Virus record (IMG/VR): IMGVR_UViG_3300034283_000433
Location: 4,323-68,322 of that record
Source: a virus
Length of the DNA stretch: 64,000 nucleotides
Reading direction: 5' to 3' (one strand)
The position numbers and the translations under genes are program-made. How positions within the stretch are numbered: the stretch's first letter is position 1; each line of letters opens with the position of its first letter. Shown piece after piece: positions 57,401 to 64,000 of this stretch. Under the pieces are notes generated by a model. The model saw only the letters and a program-made list of their open reading frames with translations. It ran no database searches and was not told the DNA's origin.

Positions 57401-57807
57401 AACCCGTAAATGTAAGTTTTAACGTAGGCTCTTTTGAAGAGAAACAATTCAACGAATGCAAAGTTATGTATGCAAAGTTCCAAGAGTCTGTATCTAAACA
57501 GATAGACTGCTCTGACCCTAATCAAATCATAGAGCATATGACAGAGTTAACATCTATGCTAAGTATGGGTGCTGTTTGTAAAGCTACCCTTGAATATCTA
57601 ACAGATAAGTTATCCGTAAAGGCTTTGATGAACCTGAGAGATATTGATGGTAGTGCTAATGAGCGAAAGGTAATGTTAGCCTTTGCTATTGGAGATTGTA
57701 GCTTCTATAACAATGTAGTAGAGTTATTAATCAAAGAAGCACACTATAAGATAGAAATACTTAGAAGTTCTTTATCTTACTGCAAATCAGAATTAAACAT
57801 TCAGTAG
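57397..57807 (+). CDS. Helical hypothetical protein
   Basis: C-terminal LRS.LSY.K.E; ATGA coupling. Confidence 0.65.
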   Translation: MKPVNVSFNVGSFEEKQFNECKVMYAKFQESVSKQIDCSDPNQIIEHMTELTSMLSMGAVCKATLEYLTDKLSVKALMNLRDIDGSANERKVMLAFAIGDCSFYNNVVELLIKEAHYKIEILRSSLSYCKSELNIQ

Positions 57808-57808
57808 T

Positions 57809-58033
57809 ATGGCAATACACGAACTAAGAAATACTATAGACGTAGAGACACCGCTTGGTTATGGCAAGGCTATAGCTTGGATTGACTATGGTTCTCAGAT
57901 GAACACAGTCTGGAAGGTCGTACTTTATGCTGATGGAAAAGTTCGTAACTTTTACGATGACGATATATACGTTTACCCTAATAAAATGGATGGCGGTGCA
58001 ATTCATACAAGCTATAATAATCAAGTCAAGTAA
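57809..58033 (+). CDS. Conserved small phage protein
   Basis: V.TPLG.G.A...IDYG...N.VW.V. Confidence 0.7.
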   Translation: MAIHELRNTIDVETPLGYGKAIAWIDYGSQMNTVWKVVLYADGKVRNFYDDDIYVYPNKMDGGAIHTSYNNQVK

Positions 58034-58113
58034 GCTCCCTATTGAACTACAGGAAGGATGCCATTTAAAAAAGATAAAGGGTAAATATTATTTAATAAAA
58101 ACAACGATAGTAT

Positions 58114-58335
58114 ATGGAAGAGGATTTAAATTTAGATAGGGCTGTACTTAAGATAGTTGAGTATTGTTGGTATAATAGACAAAGATTTCCAACCTTAACT
58201 GATATAGCTTCGGTTACAAAATGTTCTAGCAGAACACTAACTAGAATAGCTAGGGACAATAATTTACCGCCTAGATATAATATAAGTAGATATGCGACAG
58301 ATAAAGAAAGTGCAAAAGCACGGACAAAAGTTTGA
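58114..58335 (+). CDS. HTH DNA-binding protein
   Basis: TL.DIA....CS.RTL.R. Confidence 0.65.
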   Translation: MEEDLNLDRAVLKIVEYCWYNRQRFPTLTDIASVTKCSSRTLTRIARDNNLPPRYNISRYATDKESAKARTKV

Positions 58336-58651
58336 TTCTAGACTAGAATTATTCTTCTATGAGTTATTAGTAGATGCTAAGATACCTTTTGAGTTTCAGG
58401 TATGTTACGAGATGGTGCCCTCGTTTAAGTACGATGGTAAAGCTGTACGGCCTATGACACTCACAGTAGACTTTGACTTTACAGACCACGGAAAGAATGT
58501 TATTGTAGACACCAAAGGCTTTTGGCGTAACGATAATAAGCTCAAGTGGAAGTACTTTCAATGGGGTATGTCTGATGTACAACCTAAATTATTTTTTCCA
58601 AAATCGCAAAAAGAATGCAAAGAAGTTTTGGAATTAATAAAAAAATTGTAA
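58292..58651 (+). CDS. DUF1064-like endonuclease (resolvase-like)
   Basis: G.KFDS.LE...DF......VDTKG. Confidence 0.75.
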   Translation: MRQIKKVQKHGQKFDSRLELFFYELLVDAKIPFEFQVCYEMVPSFKYDGKAVRPMTLTVDFDFTDHGKNVIVDTKGFWRNDNKLKWKYFQWGMSDVQPKLFFPKSQKECKEVLELIKKL

Positions 58652-58677
58652 TTTAGCAAATAACCTAACCATATCTA

Positions 58678-59724
58678 ATGAGCAAAAAAGATTTTCGTCC
58701 TCGCCTTACAGCTGACGAATACACCATCCTACAAGACATACGCAATAAACACGCAGCCTTAGAAGCAGAATGCTTTGCACAAGGATTACCTGTAGAATCA
58801 GTAAAACAATATTGGTATAAAGGAGAACACTTCTCCATTAACCTACGAGGCGAAGGGGGTAAATCATATGAACAAATTAAAGACGATATTATTAAGGAGA
58901 TGCAAGGGCACGCTCCAAAATACCAAAAGATAAAGCGTGACAAAGAAAATCTTAAATTAGATGGTCATCTGTTGGTGATAGACCCTGCTGACATCCACAT
59001 TGGGAAGCTAGCTAAGGCTATAGAAACAGGTGAAGAGTATAATAATAAGATAGCTGTTGAGCGTGTAATGATGGGAGTATATGGCATTGTAGAAAAGGCT
59101 TCAGCTTTTAAGACTGATAGAATTTTATATATAATAGGCAATGATATATTACATATTGATACACCTAAACGCCAAACAACTTCTGGCACTCCACAGGATA
59201 CAGATGGTATGTGGTATGATAATTTCACTATAGCTCGTAGATTACACGTAGAGGTAATTGAAATGCTTAGAGAGATTGCAGATGTGCACGTACAATACGA
59301 CCCATCTAACCACGACTATACCAATGGATTCTTTTTAGCAGATACACTAGCGTCTTGGTTTCACAATGACCAACACGTTACGTTTAATGTCACACCTGCA
59401 CACAGAAAGTATTTCCACTACCACAATAACCTTATAGGTACAACACACGGAGACGGAGCAAAGCAAGCAGACTTACCATTGTTGATGGCACACGAAGCCA
59501 AACAAGAGTGGGCTATATCTGACCATAAATATTTTTACATACACCACATACACCACAAGCAGTCTAAGGATATTATGGGAGTTACCATAGAAGCATTAAG
59601 AAGCCCTTCAGGAGCAGATAGTTGGCATCACCGAAATGGTTACCAGCATTCACCAAAGGCTGTTGAAGGTTTTATGCACCATAAGATATACGGACAGATA
59701 GCTAGGTTCACGCACATTTTCTAG
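58678..59724 (+). CDS. Calcineurin-like metallophosphoesterase
   Basis: DIHIG, GND..H.D, SNHD, HGD, H.HH motifs. Confidence 0.85.
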   Translation: MSKKDFRPRLTADEYTILQDIRNKHAALEAECFAQGLPVESVKQYWYKGEHFSINLRGEGGKSYEQIKDDIIKEMQGHAPKYQKIKRDKENLKLDGHLLVIDPADIHIGKLAKAIETGEEYNNKIAVERVMMGVYGIVEKASAFKTDRILYIIGNDILHIDTPKRQTTSGTPQDTDGMWYDNFTIARRLHVEVIEMLREIADVHVQYDPSNHDYTNGFFLADTLASWFHNDQHVTFNVTPAHRKYFHYHNNLIGTTHGDGAKQADLPLLMAHEAKQEWAISDHKYFYIHHIHHKQSKDIMGVTIEALRSPSGADSWHHRNGYQHSPKAVEGFMHHKIYGQIARFTHIF

Positions 59725-59930
59725 TTGGCGTAGATATACGACAATAGGAATGGGTCGTTGATATTGGCAGGAATGCCGTCATCATATGTGATGAAATCGT
59801 CAATGTATTCATCCTCAATCATTTCCAAAATATTCATTTGGGAGCACAAATAAAGGCGTTTAAATTGTATATTTGGAACTTCCTTATCAATCTGTTGAAT
59901 TGCTATTATCATAGCTAAAATTTTGTTCTT

Positions 59931-60098
59931 ATGAAGATAATAAAAATAGAAGAGTCCAACAAGGACAACCAAGACTTAGAAGTGTTATTGAAAGAAAAAG
60001 CAAAGGTAGATGCCTATGCTAAAAAGTTATCCGATAAAATACGTGAGATTATATATAAGTACGATACAGGGAAGATGGACTTTACAAAAAAAGCCTAA
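59931..60098 (+). CDS. Small coiled-coil protein (55 aa)
   Basis: Hand-translated MKIIKIEESNKDNQD... Confidence 0.45.
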   Translation: MKIIKIEESNKDNQDLEVLLKEKAKVDAYAKKLSDKIREIIYKYDTGKMDFTKKA

Positions 60099-60307
60099 GT
60101 AGAAGATTTCTCTTCGTCCTTAAGCTTCTTTAGCTCCTTATACTTGATAAAGATGCCGATAATCAAATAGATAATTGACAAGAAGGAGATTCCTAGTGTC
60201 AATAACATATTGATGTTGGAAATGTTGAACATACTCATAATATTTAAAATTACCGCTCCTATTGTACTTGGTATTCCTACCTCGTCCGAAATTTTAAATT
60301 GCTCCAT
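60095..60307 (-). CDS. Holin-like two-TM protein
   Basis: Two hydrophobic segments, charged tail; promoter element at 60333-60340. Confidence 0.55.
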   Translation of the reverse strand: MEQFKISDEVGIPSTIGAVILNIMSMFNISNINMLLTLGISFLSIIYLIIGIFIKYKELKKLKDEEKSST

Positions 60308-60340
60308 TTCTGTTCATCTATTTAATTAATTGCAAATATA

Positions 60341-60622
60341 TTACTTCTTAGTAGATTTTCCGTTCTGTCCATTACGACCACGATTCTTAGACTGATGTTC
60401 TAGCTTCATCTTGCCATCCTTAGTATGACTCATATCCTTGTCATCACCATTACCATAAGTTCCTGCCTTACGATTAGCCCTATTTAGTTCTGCTCTATAC
60501 TTCTTTTGCTTCTCAGTTGCAGCATACTTCTTATCATACGCTCTCTTGCGTGCGATAGAAGATGGGCTCCATTTTAATTTAAGATAGCTCGGATGTTTAC
60601 CTGCATTTTTATTCTTAGGCAT
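60341..60622 (-). CDS. Small basic protein with degenerate HNH-like C-terminus
   Basis: GD.KD.SH..DG......NR.RNG. Confidence 0.65.
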   Translation of the reverse strand: MPKNKNAGKHPSYLKLKWSPSSIARKRAYDKKYAATEKQKKYRAELNRANRKAGTYGNGDDKDMSHTKDGKMKLEHQSKNRGRNGQNGKSTKK

Positions 60623-60684
60623 TTACACAAATAGTTTTAATAGTGTCCAAAGTTACTGAATTAACAGCTATATTGCCTGGTTGT

Positions 60685-60843
60685 TTAGTGTCCGACATTT
60701 ACTTGTTTTTGAAGGCTGTCAATAATGATTCTGTCTTGCTTTACTTGTTGAGTAAGCTGTGCGTTCTCTATTACACCTGCTACTACCAATACGCTTAGGC
60801 ATATGATAATAATACAGAATAATAAAAATATACTTCTTGCCAT
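60685..60843 (-). CDS. TM-anchored peptide (52 aa) after endolysin
   Basis: TAATG coupling; MARSIFLLFCIIIICLSVLVV... Confidence 0.5.
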   Translation of the reverse strand: MARSIFLLFCIIIICLSVLVVAGVIENAQLTQQVKQDRIIIDSLQKQVNVGH

Positions 60844-61439
60844 TATGCTAATAGTTGATGGTATTCTTTAAAATGTTTTACTCTATCATCAAGACCGATA
60901 GTTCCTCCGTTTACCTTCTTGGTAATCTTAGTAACTACTTCTGTAGTATTACCTTGGTCAGCGATAGCGTTCAAGCCATTCTTAGACCAGAACCAAGCAG
61001 CAGATAGTAAAGGATACTTTGTAGCTACCAAGTCAGGATTCGCTTCAATGTTGTCTTCAACAGTCTTATCAAACGCTTGATAATTTGTCTTACCTGTAAG
61101 CTGGATATAGCCCCTTCCACGAAATTTATAGCCTTCACCAGAAGCCTGGTTACCATTCCCCATTCTGTTTGCGTAGACAATGTTTGCGATTTTTTCAGGT
61201 TTACGTTGATATTCTGCAGCACTCTCTGCTGTAAAATACTTTTTAAATATATTCTGCAATCCTTTAGCACTATAGTTTAAGTTCTCTGTAGTAACTCTAA
61301 AGCCACCACTCTCGTGCCCTGTTTGAGCAAGGAAGTGTGCTAATCTTAATGGAGTGTTTACTCCGAACTTCGCAGCCACGTCTGGTATCTGATTGATTAC
61401 AGAGTCAGGAATATGGCCTTTCAATTTAGTTAAATCCAT
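60843..61439 (-). CDS. Endolysin, glycoside hydrolase family 19
   Basis: AHFLAQ..HESG, ENLNYS, FRGRG.IQLTG..NY, NGG..GL.DR. Confidence 0.9.
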   Translation of the reverse strand: MDLTKLKGHIPDSVINQIPDVAAKFGVNTPLRLAHFLAQTGHESGGFRVTTENLNYSAKGLQNIFKKYFTAESAAEYQRKPEKIANIVYANRMGNGNQASGEGYKFRGRGYIQLTGKTNYQAFDKTVEDNIEANPDLVATKYPLLSAAWFWSKNGLNAIADQGNTTEVVTKITKKVNGGTIGLDDRVKHFKEYHQLLA

Positions 61440-61440
61440 T

Positions 61441-61689
61441 TTACTTATTTTCTTTTATATTCTTATTACCAAATACAGCCTCTACGCCTGTGATACCACA
61501 CATAGTTAATGCTGTGTACATTAATCCGTTAAATACAATAGGTTCAATTACGAACGCAATTCCCATAGCTCCTGTAACAATATCTGTTAGGGCATAAACA
61601 GCCATTAACACAAATGATACAAAACCTAATACAGCTTTCTGATTTACGTCAGACTTGTCGCTGAACATTCTAAGTAAAAATTCTTTCAT
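61441..61689 (-). CDS. Holin-like membrane protein
   Basis: Two TM helices directly upstream of endolysin. Confidence 0.6.
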   Translation of the reverse strand: MKEFLLRMFSDKSDVNQKAVLGFVSFVLMAVYALTDIVTGAMGIAFVIEPIVFNGLMYTALTMCGITGVEAVFGNKNIKENK

Positions 61690-61694
61690 AAGAT

Positions 61695-62297
61695 TTATTT
61701 AAGTTTCCAATAAATTGATGCATTAATAAACGGAGTCTTATTGATGTCAATACCTGCTCCGATATTATACAACTTGTCGCACTTTGTGTTAATCAATAGA
61801 TTTGCACCTACGTGGTTTATGTAGTTGGTTCTGTCAAAGCCCATACCTACACCCCAGAATATCTTGGTCTTAGGTAGTTCTTTAACTATGGTTGTTTCTT
61901 TAATTGTACGTTGCTTAACATTAGCTGTAAACATTCTAGCCTCAATCGTATTCTTGCTGATTGTATCTAGCATAATAATGTAACCTAAACTATCTGGCAA
62001 GTACAAGGTATCCTTGTATACGTTCTTAGCAAAGTAATTCTTGATAATGGCAATCGTATCCACGTTCATAGGAACTTGTACGAAGATTGTCGTATCGTGG
62101 TAAATGTCTTTACCTTGCTTCGTAATTACCTTAGTCTTTACGATATCAATAGTATCAATCTCGTGCTTGATAACCTCGTAAGGCTTACCATCCACGTATT
62201 TTATATTGGGCTTCAAGGGATTATGAAACCCATTGATAAAGAAGTTTAGCGCTAACGCGCCAACTATCATCAATAATGCTGGTTTAAGTAATTTCAT
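61695..62297 (-). CDS. Spanin-like lysis protein
   Basis: N-terminal TM, DT(I/L) repeats, C-terminal amphipathic strands ending IYWKLK. Confidence 0.5.
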   Translation of the reverse strand: MKLLKPALLMIVGALALNFFINGFHNPLKPNIKYVDGKPYEVIKHEIDTIDIVKTKVITKQGKDIYHDTTIFVQVPMNVDTIAIIKNYFAKNVYKDTLYLPDSLGYIIMLDTISKNTIEARMFTANVKQRTIKETTIVKELPKTKIFWGVGMGFDRTNYINHVGANLLINTKCDKLYNIGAGIDINKTPFINASIYWKLK

Positions 62298-62306
62298 ATA
62301 GCAAAT

Positions 62307-63593
62307 TTACAAATTAAATTTAGTACCGACTAACAGCCCTATTGTATGCACAGGCCCCATATATTTCACGTTTAAGGCCAATTTAAAGCGTTTTGAGAGG
62401 GCTATGTCAAAAGATGACCCAACTATATAGCTTAATTGGCTCACGGAGCTTAAATCGTCTGATTTTGAGCTGTAGGATAATGGGCTAGACATCAGGAAAA
62501 CTTCAGGCGTAATGCCTAGTCTTTTGCTGTAGGTGAATGGCTTCATACCAAATATTACTATAGAGGACGTCCAAAACTGTTGCTTATTATCCTCAAAAGG
62601 GATAGATGTGTTGATAATACTCAACGCATACCCATAGATATAGCTGTTCTTCATCATCACATATGAATTACCTGCAATATGTAATAGACTCCCTGCGTTA
62701 TAGGCTAGGGTATATGACATTGTTCCAATGCCACATAACTGCCCATTTTGGATATCCATCTTAGAATAGCGTGTAGAAAGCGCAAATTGTTTTAAATTTG
62801 AGAAGATGGTTAGCGTTGAACCATAAGATACATCACCTGCCATAGAGGCTCTAGAAACGCCCAGATTGGCCATTAAATTAAAATCCCCATCCAATTGCTT
62901 AACACTACTCATATCCGAAGAAAATATAAGAGGCGTTTGACCAGCCTTGGCATTACTCTTCTTTTTCTCTTCCTTCTTACTCTCCTTTTTCTCCTCTTTC
63001 TTACTCTCGGATTTGCTTTCGGACTTGGACTCTTCACTATTGGATTCATTGCTTGCTTCCGCCTTGCTTTCCGATTTACTTTCGGAAGAACTACTGCTAC
63101 TTTGAGACGAGCTAGAACTACTATTAGAGGCAGCTGGTGCGCTAGAAGATGGCGCAGCTGGCGCAGGAGCAGGAGCAGGCGTTGGAACACTTACACTACT
63201 AGCAGCACTCGCAGCAGCACTTGAAGCCGCAGATGAGGCAGCGGATGAAGCTGCACTTGATGCAGCACTACTAACGGCAGCCGATACTGATGCTGAAACT
63301 GTTTGTTGTGTAATCTGTTGAGTTAGTTGATTGACAGGGCAAGGAGCTGAATACTCTGCATATACCTGATTTACCCACTGCATTAAGGCACCTGAGCGTA
63401 CATCTTCAGCTGTGATGTATTTAGACTTATTCATAAACACCAATGTAGTACCCTGCAAAGGCACTACAAAGACTGTAACCTTCTTAGTACAGGGGTCTAC
63501 AAATGTGTTCGTAAGAACTTGTGCATTTAATATTTTTGTACAGAAAAGCGTACAAAAAAACGTACAGAATTTTATTCTATTTCGTAAAGACAT
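62307..63593 (-). CDS. Putative outer-membrane beta-barrel protein with S/A/E/K-rich linker
   Basis: Signal-peptide-like ...ILNA-Q; low-complexity linker; amphipathic strands ending VGTKFNL. Confidence 0.6.
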   Translation of the reverse strand: MSLRNRIKFCTFFCTLFCTKILNAQVLTNTFVDPCTKKVTVFVVPLQGTTLVFMNKSKYITAEDVRSGALMQWVNQVYAEYSAPCPVNQLTQQITQQTVSASVSAAVSSAASSAASSAASSAASSAAASAASSVSVPTPAPAPAPAAPSSSAPAASNSSSSSSQSSSSSSESKSESKAEASNESNSEESKSESKSESKKEEKKESKKEEKKKSNAKAGQTPLIFSSDMSSVKQLDGDFNLMANLGVSRASMAGDVSYGSTLTIFSNLKQFALSTRYSKMDIQNGQLCGIGTMSYTLAYNAGSLLHIAGNSYVMMKNSYIYGYALSIINTSIPFEDNKQQFWTSSIVIFGMKPFTYSKRLGITPEVFLMSSPLSYSSKSDDLSSVSQLSYIVGSSFDIALSKRFKLALNVKYMGPVHTIGLLVGTKFNL

Positions 63594-64000
63594 TCTTTTT
63601 AACCATTCTTTGTAGGATGCGAGCACACGCAATATCTAGTGCTTTCTTTGTGGCTGTTCCTATAGTAGATTGGTTAAATTTAACAGGGTCTAAGTTAGTG
63701 TCATTCAATAGGCTTGCTTCTCTTGTAGTCTTAGCTTCGCCTAATCCTGATGCTGCTATAATTTCTCCTGTCTCTGCATTGGTAAATCTTACTTGTAATC
63801 CTATTCTTGTAACTACTGTTTCCTTGATACCATCCTTCACTCTGATTTCTTCATCTTCTGAAACAGAATAATCGTAGCATTCAATTTCTACGAAGTAGTG
63901 TGCTAGTCTAATCTTTCCTCTTCCGTCCAACTTATCTTGAGAGATTCCTGCCTGTGAAGCTTGGAATTGCTTGACCATTCGGTTCTTAATCTCTGTCTTG
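63577..64000 (-). CDS. CsgG-like protein, 5' end beyond window
   Basis: T.IGLQVRF.NAETGEII...G.G.A C-terminal motif; frame open to window edge. Confidence 0.6.
   Translation of the reverse strand, partial: KTEIKNRMVKQFQASQAGISQDKLDGRGKIRLAHYFVEIECYDYSVSEDEEIRVKDGIKETVVTRIGLQVRFTNAETGEIIAASGLGEAKTTREASLLNDTNLDPVKFNQSTIGTATKKALDIACARILQRMVKKNVFTK

Larger units (their letters stand above)
386..62309 (-). promoter_or_regulatory. Set of 13 TAnnTTTG (-7) elements just upstream of - strand genes
   Basis: At 386, 11653, 18534, 24016, 30440, 31457, 34036, 36366, 39945, 42142, 42777, 60333, 62302 (8-mers, + coordinate of first base). Confidence 0.75.

Noticed and set aside
59721-59972. Minus-strand 83-aa ORF
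   Set aside because: Start uncertain, overlaps or abuts a divergent ORF, no recognisable motif
1-64000. Stop-codon reassignment
   Set aside because: Long genes are intact under the standard code; TAG and TGA end genes normally; no suppressor tRNA seen

Overview
Most of a tailed-phage genome, with both window ends inside genes. The host is inferred to be Bacteroidota from TAnnTTTG/TTTG promoters and A-rich starts without Shine-Dalgarno sequences. The layout is podovirus-like and recalls crAss-related/Cellulophaga-type phages, but I saw no virion RNA polymerase, DNA polymerase or integrase. Bases 1-43.2 kb (- strand) carry the virion module: tandem-GroES, terminase, portal, scaffold, capsid, ring proteins, nozzle, ejection proteins and branched tail fibres. 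A non-coding strand-switch region at 43.3-44.5 kb is followed by early and replication genes (44.5-60 kb, +) and lysis/outer-membrane genes (60-64 kb, -). Highlights: (1) a canonical type III hammerhead ribozyme ending a ~330-nt structured RNA before the first early gene; (2) candidate small RNAs antisense to the phage's own start-codon regions, linked by a shared UUUCUA-loop hairpin; (3) a nozzle gene apparently split around a GT95/GT96-like glycosyltransferase, a methyltransferase and a Thr-run/SprB-repeat protein; (4) a small basic gene nested out of frame in the 2279-aa protein; (5) a kissing-loop RNA and G-tract region before the replication genes. All family calls come from manual motif recognition, not database searches.
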